Positions 47,016 through 57,456 of a stretch of 64,000 nucleotides of DNA are shown here, one piece after another; position 1 is the first letter of the stretch, and every line of letters starts with the position of its first letter. The stretch is from an uncultured Chloroflexia bacterium. Its GTDB lineage: Bacteria > Chloroflexota > Chloroflexia > Thermomicrobiales > UBA6265. A model generated the notes under the pieces. The model saw only the letters and a program-made list of their open reading frames with translations, was not told where the DNA came from and searched no databases. The stretch lies in NCBI GenBank assembly GCA_963750275.1, contig CAVVQC010000011.1, forward strand, positions 152,880 to 216,879, given 5' to 3'. A program made the position numbers and the translations under genes.

Positions 47016-47036
47016 ATCGCTTGCCATGGGGGCTCG

Positions 47037-48200
47037 ATGAAGATCACGGCAGTTACGTCGTATCCGGTCAAGGTCGGATTTCGCAATCAGTTCATCGTCA
47101 AGATCGACACTGACGAAGGGATCTCTGGCGTCGGTGAGGGCGGGATGTCCGGCCGTGAGCTGGCGATGGCCGGCATGGTCGAACATCTCTCCCGCTGGTT
47201 GATCGGCGAAGATCCCGGCCGCATCGAGCATCTCTGGCAAACCTGTTATCGCACCTCGTATTTCGAGGGCGGCAATATCCTGACGGCCGCGCTGAGTGCG
47301 ATCGACATCGCCCTCTGGGACATTCAGGGTAAGCGGCTCGGTGTCCCGGTCTACAAGCTCCTTGGCGGAGCTTGCCGGGACTATCTTCCCTGCTTCGCGA
47401 CCCCGGGCGCGCTAGACGGACCCGACATCGTGGCCAAAGCAAAAGAGATGTACGCCGAGGGTTGGAACGTACAGCGCTTTCTGCCGGTCATGAAATCGAC
47501 CCTGCAAAACGACGACACCGCGTCCGAGGTCTACGAGCCGCTGGAAGCAATCGATCTCGCCGCGCACTGGTTGCGGGAGATTCGCAATGACGTAGGTTCG
47601 GGGCTCAATCTCGCCATCGACTTTCACCACCGGCTCAACGTTGCGGAATCAGCGCTCTTCTGCCAGCGTGTCGAAGATCTCCACCTGTATTTCCTCGAAG
47701 AACCGCTTCGATCCGAAAACCCTCGCGCCTATCAGCAGCTCCGAACCATGACGTCAGTTCCGTTCGCCATCGGTGAAGAGTTCGCAAGTCCCTTCGCCTT
47801 CGTGCCATGGATCGAGGACGGGATCACGAACTTTGTCCGTGTGGATGTCTCCAACGTCGGTGGCATCACGGCGGCGCGTAAGGTCGCCGCCATGGCCGAA
47901 CCGCATTACATGGACGTCATGCCGCACAACCCGCTCGGCCCGATCACCACCGCCGCATCCATTCACTATGGGCTGGCAACCTCGAACTTCTCCTACCTCG
48001 AATACCAGCACCGTCTCGCCGACGACTACGATCCTCAGCTCTTCCCGGTGATGCCGAAGATCGACGGGTTCAAATTCCCGATTCCGACCGAGCCTGGTCT
48101 CGGGGTCGTGTTCGACCACGAGGTCGCTGCCGAACGCGCCTTCGAATTCTGGGACGCCCCCCGCTGGCGCCGCCGTGATGGTTCGTATCAAAACTGGTAA
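47037..48200 (+). CDS. Enolase-superfamily acid-sugar dehydratase (D-galactonate/D-mannonate dehydratase-like)
   Basis: MKITAVTSYPVKVG.RNQFIVKIDTDEGISGVGEG ... SAIDIALWDIQGKRLGVPVYKLLGG ... IDFHHRL ... EEP ... GEEF. Confidence 0.85.
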   Translation: MKITAVTSYPVKVGFRNQFIVKIDTDEGISGVGEGGMSGRELAMAGMVEHLSRWLIGEDPGRIEHLWQTCYRTSYFEGGNILTAALSAIDIALWDIQGKRLGVPVYKLLGGACRDYLPCFATPGALDGPDIVAKAKEMYAEGWNVQRFLPVMKSTLQNDDTASEVYEPLEAIDLAAHWLREIRNDVGSGLNLAIDFHHRLNVAESALFCQRVEDLHLYFLEEPLRSENPRAYQQLRTMTSVPFAIGEEFASPFAFVPWIEDGITNFVRVDVSNVGGITAARKVAAMAEPHYMDVMPHNPLGPITTAASIHYGLATSNFSYLEYQHRLADDYDPQLFPVMPKIDGFKFPIPTEPGLGVVFDHEVAAERAFEFWDAPRWRRRDGSYQNW

Positions 48201-48221
48201 ACCGTTCCGGAGCAACAGCCT

Positions 48222-48343
48222 GTCATTCTGAGCGAAGCGAAGAATCTCTCTCGTCAGAGGTGCCCACCACCAACCTCCAGGGACCTGACCTCCTCAGCAA
48301 GACAGGCTAATCGGGATGTCTGGATCGCCGAAGTGAAGAACCC
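48222..48343 (+). repeat. One canonical and one degenerate copy of the dispersed repeat after the dehydratase gene
   Basis: 48222-48252 GTCATTCTGAGCGAAGCGAAGAATCTCTCTC. 48319-48343 TCTGGATCGCCGAAGTGAAGAACCC is degenerate. Confidence 0.75.
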
Positions 48344-49497
48344 TAAACCGGGGTGAACTGAGGTTGAAACCGGTCGGCCAGGAATGGACCGATATCGATG
48401 GACGGTGCCTCACCCAGCACCAAACCAGCCACGAGCCGTCCCGAGAACGGACCCAATTGCAAGCCTGACGGTCCGTGCCCGGTGCAGAGAAAAACGTTGG
48501 CATAACCTGGCGCCGGACCGAGCACCGGCAGCCGGTCGGGGCTAAATGGACGCAACCCGACGCGGATCTCGGCAATAGTCGCGTTGCCCAGTCCAGGCGC
48601 AACCGCCAGAGCTTCGTCCAGTACTGACTTCATCCCTGCCGCTGTCAGGCGAACCTCGTAGCCGGAGTCGCTCTCTCGCGTGGCACCACAGACGACGCGG
48701 TTCGGTCGGAAGGTCAGCATGTACTGATCGTAATAGCCGACGATGATCGGCCAATCACCGGTATAGGCGTCGGGCATGTCCAGATGTAAGATCTGCCCGC
48801 GCTGCGGAAAGATCGGTAAGGCGAATCCCAGTTTCTCGGCCAGATAGCACGACCATGCTCCGGCGGCGATGATCACGCTCGATCCCTCGATCAGGGTCGT
48901 CCCGACTTTCACTTCGATGAGTGAATCGCCCGCCGACACCAGCTGAGCTTCGCCCACGATGAGCTCGCACCCGTTCCGCTGACATGCTGATCGCAAGGCT
49001 TCACGCAAGATCCGGCCATTCACACGGCAAGCTTCTGAGGCATGGATCGCGCCAAAGATCTCCCCGAGCGGAGGAAACAGTTTGCGCGCGTCATCAGGAT
49101 CGAGCAGCGTCACGGTGCCGACATTCCCCAATCCGTCTTCCCGGCGGCGGACCATGTCCTCCGCCAACGCCGGGAGCTCTTCGGCCTCTCCCACGCTCCG
49201 CGCAATGAACAAGGCGCCCACCTGCTCGTATCCGGTATCCGGCTCCCCATCTGCCCTCAACGACGCGTCCAGTTCGTTGTAATAGGCAATGGCCGCTTTG
49301 CGGAGCTCATAGCCGGCCTCGGAGTCCCGCACATTCATACCGGGAGCGATGATCCCGGCTCCGGCCTGGGTGGCGTGCCCTTCATCCATGCGGTCCACCA
49401 GTGCCACCCGCTGCCCGGCTTTCACCAGCGGATAGGCAGCGCTCCAGCCAAGCAATCCGCCCCCGATCACGATCGTGTCGACATCCAAAGTGGGCAT
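48343..49497 (-). CDS. FAD-dependent oxidoreductase (DAO/glycine-oxidase-like)
   Basis: N-terminal dinucleotide fold: DTIVIGGGLLGWSAAYPLVKAGQRVALVD. Confidence 0.85.
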   Translation of the reverse strand: MPTLDVDTIVIGGGLLGWSAAYPLVKAGQRVALVDRMDEGHATQAGAGIIAPGMNVRDSEAGYELRKAAIAYYNELDASLRADGEPDTGYEQVGALFIARSVGEAEELPALAEDMVRRREDGLGNVGTVTLLDPDDARKLFPPLGEIFGAIHASEACRVNGRILREALRSACQRNGCELIVGEAQLVSAGDSLIEVKVGTTLIEGSSVIIAAGAWSCYLAEKLGFALPIFPQRGQILHLDMPDAYTGDWPIIVGYYDQYMLTFRPNRVVCGATRESDSGYEVRLTAAGMKSVLDEALAVAPGLGNATIAEIRVGLRPFSPDRLPVLGPAPGYANVFLCTGHGPSGLQLGPFSGRLVAGLVLGEAPSIDIGPFLADRFQPQFTPV

Positions 49498-49516
49498 GGG
49501 CGGGCTTCTCCAGATC

Positions 49517-50323
49517 CTAGGAATCGAGCGGCCGGTTGGCGCGCATGTTCAGCCGCCAGTAATCGAAGACATAGGGCGGATCCTCGGTGGCCGCGCCCGC
49601 AACCAGGTAGTCGACGAACGGTGCCCGCTCTGCCTCGGGCAGCCGGATCAGATGCTCGCCCAGGATCACATTGGTCAGAAACGTGCGATACGCCTCGGCA
49701 TCGTCCATAGGAGTTGGCGCTTCGTACAGCCAGGTAGTGATGTTGGTGAACCCGGCATCCTGCAGGCGGTTGGCTGTGGTCACATCGTTGGCGAACTCCC
49801 AGGGGCCCTTCCACCCCTCGAAATACGGGGCCAGCTCTGGAGAACGCATCTTTACCTCGGCCCGCGCCAGCAGCGATTCCAGATTTGGTCCACCGCCGCA
49901 TTGCGCCGAAAGGAGCCCGCCGGGTTTCAGCACGCTGAACAACCCGCGGAAGAGCGCGTGGTGATCGCGAATCCAGTGAAACGTTGCGGTCGAAAAGAGC
50001 AGCTCGACCGGTTCGCCCACGTCGTCCAGCGTCAAGTGCCCGACATCCGCTTGAATCACCGTTACCCGGTCACCGAACCTGGCCAGATTCGCGCGTGCCT
50101 CGGCCACCATGTTCGCCGAGCGGTCGATCGCAATCACGCGCCCTTCTGGCAGCAGCTCCAGCAGTTCGGCAGTCAGCCGACCCGAGCCGCATCCAGCGTC
50201 GATCGCACTCTCGTCGCCCCGCAGTTCCAGATCGCTCAGGACTGTGCGTCCCCAGGTGACATGGGGATTCGAAACCTGGTGATAGACGGAGGCATTCCAT
50301 TCCGCCGGTTGCTGCACGGTCAT
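49517..50323 (-). CDS. Class-I SAM-dependent methyltransferase (Tam-like)
   Basis: GGAAGGA RBS. ATG at 50323 (or 50329) gives MTVQQPAEWNASVYHQ.. SAM motif: AIDAGCGSGRLT. The track ORF extension to 50551 is Arg/Cys-rich and not protein-like. Confidence 0.8.
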   Translation of the reverse strand: MTVQQPAEWNASVYHQVSNPHVTWGRTVLSDLELRGDESAIDAGCGSGRLTAELLELLPEGRVIAIDRSANMVAEARANLARFGDRVTVIQADVGHLTLDDVGEPVELLFSTATFHWIRDHHALFRGLFSVLKPGGLLSAQCGGGPNLESLLARAEVKMRSPELAPYFEGWKGPWEFANDVTTANRLQDAGFTNITTWLYEAPTPMDDAEAYRTFLTNVILGEHLIRLPEAERAPFVDYLVAGAATEDPPYVFDYWRLNMRANRPLDS

Positions 50324-50451
50324 GACCATTTCCTTCCACTCAGGTTGGAATCTAGCACGGCAGCAGCGAGTGGACTCGGGAGAGCGGAAATCATATGCCC
50401 TCACTACAATGTCGCATCGATCCAATGCGCATGAGAAGGGTGTGTCTGCAC

Positions 50452-50820
50452 ATGGCCGCGTTTCGCTACATCGTTTCCGACGTTGACACGGCGATTGCGT
50501 TCTATACGACTGTCCTCGACTTCGAACTGGAGGAGCAGTTCGGTCCGGCAATGGCCATCGTCCGTCGCGACGACCTCGTGCTTTGGCTGGCGGGCCCGCC
50601 CAGCTCAGCCGCGCGACCTATGCCGGACGGCAGCCAGCCGGTTCCAGGTGGGTGGAATCGCATCGTCATCGAGGTCGACGATATCGCGTCCCACGTGGAG
50701 CGGATTCGTGCGACCGGAGTTCGGCTCCGCAATGACATTGTCACCGGTCCAGGGGGCCGGCAGGTGCTGATCGAGGATCCGTCCGGCAATCCGATCGAGC
50801 TCTTCCAACCCCTGCGCTAG
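50452..50820 (+). CDS. VOC/glyoxalase-bleomycin-resistance family protein
   Basis: FRYIVSDVDTAIAFYTTVLDFEL ... NRIVIEVDDI ... VLIEDPSGNPIELFQP. Start is ATG 50452 or an earlier ATG at 50425. Confidence 0.8.
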   Translation: MAAFRYIVSDVDTAIAFYTTVLDFELEEQFGPAMAIVRRDDLVLWLAGPPSSAARPMPDGSQPVPGGWNRIVIEVDDIASHVERIRATGVRLRNDIVTGPGGRQVLIEDPSGNPIELFQPLR

Positions 50821-52457
50821 GGCGTGTCGCTCGTGGCGGCAAACGGGTCGTAGAGCAATGGATCGGGAGCCGTATAGGGGGCCCAGAGCACATCCGTAGC
50901 TGCCCAGCCGTCTTCGAAATGCAGCGTCAGGAGCTCGGCCGGCCCGAGTCGATCCCCAACCGCCACGATCATCGCTGGTGCGGCAGGGTCGAGCGCGGGA
51001 ACCGCAATCCCCACGCTACCCGGTCCCCAGCTGATAATGCCGTTCCCCTTGTTGGGAAGCTCCAGCGTGCGTTCGCCGATTCCGGTCCGCACCCGAACAT
51101 GCAGGGTCTTGCCGCGTTCCAGATACGCGAAGCGCACGCCATCCGGCGCCCAGATAGGACGCGATGGCGCCTGGGTTGCCGTGGTAACCGGGATTATCGA
51201 TCGATCGTCGATCGACACCAGGTAAACCGTGCTGTCGCGTAAGGCATACCAATCCGAATCGCCAGTAGTGGTCCAGAGGAGGAGCATATCCGCCCCCGGC
51301 GACCAACTGACTGAGCGGGCATTGGCCGGGGTAGATGGCAGTAACGGGGTGGCCTCCAGCGAAGGGGCATCGATCATGAGCACGGTGTTGGCACCGCGGG
51401 ATCCAATGGCAATCGCCGCCAGCCTGATACCGTCGCTCGACCAGCTTGGTGAAATCACGCCCGAACTCTCGGCTGGAAGAGGGAGAAGGCGCGTTGTTTC
51501 GGACGTGAGATCGAAGAAGCGAAGGGTGGTGGACTGGTCTGAAGGATCTGCCGATGCTGGGCTGACGTACACGATCTGCGTTCCGTCTGGGCTCCAGGCT
51601 GGCAGGGAGAGAATGGCCCCGTCGTCGATCAAGCGGAGGTTGCTGCCATCGGCATCGACGACGAAAAGCGCCGCAAAGCGTTCCGCGCTCGGAATGGCCG
51701 AGAAAAACGCGATCTGGGACCGGTCGGGACTCCAGAGCGGAGCGGTCACCGGAATCTCATTCAGGACGAGTGCTTCGTCTCCCCCGTCGGGTCCAATTCG
51801 ATAGAGTGCGCCGTTGCGTGTGTAAAGCAGGGGCGCGTGGGTCAGGCGCAAGTCGGTAAGCGCGGACTCGTCTGGAGGTTCTCCAGTGAAAGCGGCCAGC
51901 GTCAGCGTTGCTCGTTCCACCTCTAACCAACGGCGGTTCGTCGTGGCTACGGTGGCTTCGCGCTCAAGATCTGACTGAAACCGCGTTTCCGCGGTTTCCA
52001 GCAAGCTGGCGGCGTCGAGGTTGTCCGGCATGGCGGTGACCACCGATCGCAACAGCTCGACGGCGCGCTTGTTCTCGCCACGATCCAGCGCGGACTGGGC
52101 GTCCAGATAGGCGGCCTGATAGGGCGCCAGCAGTTGTTGAGTGGTGATCCGCTGTTCCGGCGCATCCTGATAGCTGCCTGCTTCGGCAAATTGCACGATC
52201 GCGGCCGGGAGATTTCCGCTGTCGAGCGCCGACATCGCGCTTTCGTAGGCCGCTGACTGGGATTGGCGCACGTCCCAGATCCGCCAGCCAACCACTGCCA
52301 TGACGCCGATCGCGAGCAGAAACGGCAACAGAAGGAACCAGTTCCTCCGGTCTGGCCGGCTAGCGGCGCGCGGTGGAGGCCAGATGAGTCGCGTGCCACA
52401 CCCGCCACAGCGGGCAGTGTCGGGAGGATTGAACGTGGCGCAATGCGTGCAAAACAC
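50817..52457 (-). CDS. Zinc-ribbon, TM helix, helical-repeat region and TolB-like (PD40) beta-propeller protein
   Basis: GTG start with GGAGAG RBS. MFCTHCATFNPPDTARCGGCGTRL (zinc ribbon), one TM helix, then repeats LWSPDRSQIAFFS, AWSPDGTQIVYVS, SWSSDGIRLAAIA, IWAPDGVRFAYLE. Confidence 0.85.
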   Translation of the reverse strand: MFCTHCATFNPPDTARCGGCGTRLIWPPPRAASRPDRRNWFLLLPFLLAIGVMAVVGWRIWDVRQSQSAAYESAMSALDSGNLPAAIVQFAEAGSYQDAPEQRITTQQLLAPYQAAYLDAQSALDRGENKRAVELLRSVVTAMPDNLDAASLLETAETRFQSDLEREATVATTNRRWLEVERATLTLAAFTGEPPDESALTDLRLTHAPLLYTRNGALYRIGPDGGDEALVLNEIPVTAPLWSPDRSQIAFFSAIPSAERFAALFVVDADGSNLRLIDDGAILSLPAWSPDGTQIVYVSPASADPSDQSTTLRFFDLTSETTRLLPLPAESSGVISPSWSSDGIRLAAIAIGSRGANTVLMIDAPSLEATPLLPSTPANARSVSWSPGADMLLLWTTTGDSDWYALRDSTVYLVSIDDRSIIPVTTATQAPSRPIWAPDGVRFAYLERGKTLHVRVRTGIGERTLELPNKGNGIISWGPGSVGIAVPALDPAAPAMIVAVGDRLGPAELLTLHFEDGWAATDVLWAPYTAPDPLLYDPFAATSDTP

Positions 52458-52501
52458 CGGCGCTCTCCAAAGTTGGGGTCGTTCTTCGTATCCTACTCCC
52501 T

Positions 52502-52771
52502 ATGGAACGACTACAGACGGTTGAAAAACGGCAGGTCGTCGGGTGTGGCTTCATCCTGGCGATGATGTCAGCGCCCTTTATCGCACTCATTTACGGCTTC
52601 GGTCTCGCGCTGGCAGTACTGACGGTCGGTCTCGTGCTCACCGCGTTCCTCGCGTTCGACGCACGCGAGCAGGTCGATCCGTCACGCCGTCTAACGGTGA
52701 TGCTGATGGCGGGGATCGCGCTGGCGTTCGCGCTACTGACCGGACTGGCAGCAATCAGTCAGTTTCAATAG
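52502..52771 (+). CDS. Small hypothetical membrane protein (2-3 TM helices)
   Basis: Hydrophobic segments FILAMMSAPFIALIYGFGLALAVLTVGLVLTAFLAF and LTVMLMAGIALAFALLTGLAAI. GC-rich third codon positions. No clear RBS. Confidence 0.45.
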   Translation: MERLQTVEKRQVVGCGFILAMMSAPFIALIYGFGLALAVLTVGLVLTAFLAFDAREQVDPSRRLTVMLMAGIALAFALLTGLAAISQFQ

Positions 52772-52872
52772 CAGACAAGACTCTTTCCCGCAACGCGCGG
52801 CCGATCACGACAGGGCGCATGTTCTTCCGATTTGACGAGCATGTTGCGCAAATGATTGCGCACCCCAGTTCC

Positions 52873-52901
52873 TTGACACAGCGATCGCTATCGAATAAAT
52901 T
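52873..52901 (+). promoter_or_regulatory. Sigma-70-like promoter candidate about 160 nt upstream of nnrE
   Basis: TTGACA (52873-52878), exactly 17-nt spacer, TAAATT (52896-52901). A 7-bp inverted repeat TGCGCAA/TTGCGCA lies upstream. An 11-bp hairpin (52999-53009 / 53024-53034) sits in the leader. Confidence 0.4.
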
Positions 52902-53059
52902 GATAAAGAACTCACGTTTACCGGTTGTGTAACCTGGATGAGTTCTCACATTGCTTTACAACCCGGCCGGGCAGCGCCCTCTCCCCGGTCGAAGACGAGA
53001 GAAATGCCGTGGCTACAACGCCTCGGCATTTCTCGTTGTCGTCCGGATAAGATGCGCAT

Positions 53060-53784
53060 ATGAAGCGATCACCCGACATTCCCGTTGTCACTGGAGCGCA
53101 GATGGCTGCGGTCGATCAGGCTCTGGTGGCGGTCTGCGGCCTCGAGCTCCTGCAAGTCATGGAAACCGCCGGGCGTGCGGTCGCGGTTGTCGCCCGTCTT
53201 ATGCAGCCTGGCGGGTCAGTGGCGATCCTCTGTGGTAGCGGAGGGAACGGCGGCGATGGACTCGTCTGCGCTCGTTACCTGGCTGGATGGGGATTCGACG
53301 TCGAGTGCTGGCTGACGAAGGACTCCGGCGAGCTGCGTGGTCTGGCTGCGCACCAACTCCAGATCTGTGAAAAGATCGGGATTCCGATCGCCGGTCCTGG
53401 GACACCCATCGACTTCACTTCGGTCGATCTGGTCGTAGACGCGATCTTTGGATTTGGTCTCACTGCAGCGCCACTCGGCCGAGCCGCCGAATTGATCGAA
53501 GCAGCCAACAACTCGGGAGCGATGATTCTTGCCGTCGACTTGCCGTCCGGCGTTGATTCGACGAGTGGAACGGCGCTGTTTCCGACGATTGTCGCGGAAA
53601 TCACCATAACGCTCGGCTTGCCCAAGCAGGGACTACTGGTTGGCGATGGACCCGCACAGAGTGGGCGTGTGGTCGTGGCAGATATCGGAATCCCGACTGC
53701 GGCCTACGCCTCAGTCGGGATTGCCCACACTACGATCTTCGATTCAGCAGAGCTCATTACCCTCGACGGACGGCCCTGGCCGAG

Positions 53785-53788
<4 letters not shown>
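53060..53788 (+). CDS. nnrE: NAD(P)H-hydrate epimerase (YjeF N-terminal domain)
   Basis: VAILCGSGGNGGDGLVCARYLAGWGFDV ... VVDAIFGFGL ... VLAVDLPSGVD. Confidence 0.85.
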
Positions 53789-54765
<977 letters not shown>

Positions 54766-54868
54766 GAAACGGGCGCCTCGCTTTCCGGGCGGCTGCACAA
54801 CGATAAAGTGTTGATTGATGCTAGCACAGGCCCGTTGGGTTTAACGCTTTTGGGTCTGCAACTTTCGT

Positions 54869-57085
54869 CTACATTGCGCTTGGAGCTTCGATGCCAAGCA
54901 GCCAAAGACCATTCGCCAGCGCCTGGCGAGTGGCGTCGACCAATGCCAGGCGCGCACTGCGCACCGGTTCCTCCGAATGAATTACCGGACATGCGTGATA
55001 GAAGTCGTTGAACGCCTTGGCAAGATCATAGACATAATTTGAGATGAGCAGCGGGCGGTATTGGTCGGCCGATCGTTGCACCTCTTCTGGCAATACCGCT
55101 ATCTGCTGCAACAGCGCCAGCTCAGCCGGAGCGATCGCCCCGAAATCGAGGGTGAGCTCTCCCGACGCCGCAAGGTTCACCGCGGCATCGTGGTTCCAGC
55201 CGGCGTTTTCCAGAATGCGGCAAGCGCGCGCATGCGCATATTGAATGTATGGCGCGGCGTGCCCGTCGAATGAGAGTGCTTCTTCAAGGTCGAAGACCAC
55301 GATCTTGTTGTTGTCACGCGCCAGCATCGTGTACTTGATCGATCCCATTCCGACCTGCCAGGCCACGGAATCCTTTAAATCCTCGGGTAACTCTGGATTC
55401 TTTTCGTCGATGATCTGGCGCGCGCGCTGCAGCACTTCCTGCTTGACATCGTCGTAGAGCGGCGCTCTGCCCTTGCGCGAAGAGATCACGCCTTCCGGGA
55501 GGGTCACGATCTCGTAGGGGAGGTGATGAGCCTGCTTGGCCTGCTCGAATCCCCACAACTCGAGAGTCTTGAAAATCTGCTTGAAATAGAGCGATTGCCG
55601 CACATCGACCACCCACACGGCGCGATCGATACCGAACTCCTCGAACTTCCGTTTGGTCAATGCCAGATCTTTGGTCGAATACAGCGAGGTGCCATCCGAG
55701 CGCAGAATGGGAAGCGTGCGATAGACCGGCTCGGTCAGTCCGAGCTTGTCGTCGATTTTGACGACCGTGAGCCCGTCGCTGATTTCGGCCAGGCCCGTCG
55801 CGACCAGTTCTTTGACGATCGCCTTCCCTGGCTCTTCGACCTCGCTCTCAAAGAACCAGACATCGAAGTGCGCGTCCAGCTCGTCGAAAATGCGCCGAAA
55901 GTCGGTCAAGCTCCATTCGCGAGTCGCTTGCCAGAGCGCGACTAGCGCTGGCTCCTGCGCCTCCCACCGCGCGAAGGTCTGGCGCACCTCCTCTTGCCAT
56001 ACGGGAACATCCGGCCACCACGCAATGTTGCGGTTGAGTTCTTCCCAACGGTCGAGCCGCTCGCCCGGGGTCATATCCGGCGGCGCAATGCCCTCGACTT
56101 CGACATAGGGTTTTTCGTTTTCCAGCTCGAGCCTGAGCTGTTGCCCAACGATCGGCCAGAACTTGAGTAAGGTGGTGTCGTCGTGAAAATCGGTGTCCTT
56201 GAGCTCATGGCCGAACGAAAATCGGCCGAGCAGGTAGGCGATGTCGTCGCTGATGGCGTCTTCCCGCCAAAGCAATTTGAGCAGGCGGTCGATCGATTCG
56301 ACGAAGATCGGATCGTTCTTGATGATCGCCTGCAGGAAGCCAATCAGGTCTTTGCGATATTCGAGCCTGGCATCTGATTCAACATAGATCTGGCCGATCC
56401 AGGCACCGCGCGCTTCGACCTCGGCCGGCTCTTGCCCCAGGTGGAACCGCTCGTAACACCAGAGACATTTGATCACGTGCATGCCGATATCGCCCGGATA
56501 GGTTGCCTCCATCACCGGATACCCGGCGGCTTCCAGAATCCGGCTGATCGACACCCCAAGCACGGAGTTGCGCAGATGACCGACATGGAACACCTTGTGC
56601 GTGTTGGGTTGGGAATGCTCGACCATCACCCGTTCGGTGCGGGGTGCGCCGGTCCCATACGCCCGCTCGCGAGTGAGGACTTCACCCACAAGGCCGGAGG
56701 CGACGACCATCGGGTCGAACGAGATATTGACGTAACCGTTTGCGGCTTCCACGGCCGCGAATTCTCCCGTGCTCCGCAACTGGGCGGCAATCTTCTCCGC
56801 CAACTCGATCGAAAGGGCCCGGGCCCGGTCGCTGGTCAGTTTCTTGGCTTCTTTTTTTGACAGCCCTTCGAGCGCGCCTGACTCCTCGAGCTCGACTGAA
56901 GCGGCTTCCCCAGCCAGCGCATGGCTGATCGACGATGCAACCCCCCAGGTTCCAGAGAACGGCAGCGGCCGAAGATCGATCGATCCACGTGGGATGAGTC
57001 CCAAACTGGCAACCGCTTCGGCGATGGCGATGCGAGCACGTTCCCCGTTCTCCGCAATAACGCCGTTGGTTACGAGTTGACTCAT
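54869..57085 (-). CDS. argS: Arginine--tRNA ligase, long form (738 aa)
   Basis: AGGAG lies about 11 nt upstream of the ATG at 57085 (MSQLVTNG..). HSQPNTHKVFHVGHLRNSVLG (HIGH), ISSRKG, C-terminal anticodon-binding helices ending ...LLGIEAPSAM. The track ORF extension to 57514 is Arg-rich and not protein-like. Confidence 0.9.
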   Translation of the reverse strand: MSQLVTNGVIAENGERARIAIAEAVASLGLIPRGSIDLRPLPFSGTWGVASSISHALAGEAASVELEESGALEGLSKKEAKKLTSDRARALSIELAEKIAAQLRSTGEFAAVEAANGYVNISFDPMVVASGLVGEVLTRERAYGTGAPRTERVMVEHSQPNTHKVFHVGHLRNSVLGVSISRILEAAGYPVMEATYPGDIGMHVIKCLWCYERFHLGQEPAEVEARGAWIGQIYVESDARLEYRKDLIGFLQAIIKNDPIFVESIDRLLKLLWREDAISDDIAYLLGRFSFGHELKDTDFHDDTTLLKFWPIVGQQLRLELENEKPYVEVEGIAPPDMTPGERLDRWEELNRNIAWWPDVPVWQEEVRQTFARWEAQEPALVALWQATREWSLTDFRRIFDELDAHFDVWFFESEVEEPGKAIVKELVATGLAEISDGLTVVKIDDKLGLTEPVYRTLPILRSDGTSLYSTKDLALTKRKFEEFGIDRAVWVVDVRQSLYFKQIFKTLELWGFEQAKQAHHLPYEIVTLPEGVISSRKGRAPLYDDVKQEVLQRARQIIDEKNPELPEDLKDSVAWQVGMGSIKYTMLARDNNKIVVFDLEEALSFDGHAAPYIQYAHARACRILENAGWNHDAAVNLAASGELTLDFGAIAPAELALLQQIAVLPEEVQRSADQYRPLLISNYVYDLAKAFNDFYHACPVIHSEEPVRSARLALVDATRQALANGLWLLGIEAPSAM

Positions 57086-57228
57086 GCTGTTTTGGCTCCT
57101 GTTCGGGGATTCGACATGGATTTGGGCGTAAATTGCGCCGCCAGAAGACTTTGGCGGCGCGATCCCAGTAAATTCAATCGGATGGGAGAACCCGTCGTTC
57201 CGACCCAGCGGGCCTCCATGCCCTCGTG

Positions 57229-57456
57229 CTAAACGTCGCCGGGTTCGCGGCTGCGGAAGAATGTGCTGAGTCCGAGCAGTGCAACGGCACCGCCGAAAAT
57301 GGCCCCGATGAGCTGTTTCCAGCCGAGCCCGTCGCCCCCACCGCTGACGCCGATCGAATCCGCGAGGAGCGAAACGATTGCCATCAACGAACCACCGATG
57401 AAGGCGGCCAGGCCCAGAATTCGGGAGGTAAGTTGTGGGCGAACGTTCTTCACCAC
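57229..57456 (-). CDS. Small hypothetical membrane protein (75 aa, 2 TM helices) upstream of argS
   Basis: GTG start with GGAG 8 nt upstream. ILGLAAFIGGSLMAIVSLLA and LIGAIFGGAVALLGLSTFF. Confidence 0.45.
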   Translation of the reverse strand: MVKNVRPQLTSRILGLAAFIGGSLMAIVSLLADSIGVSGGGDGLGWKQLIGAIFGGAVALLGLSTFFRSREPGDV

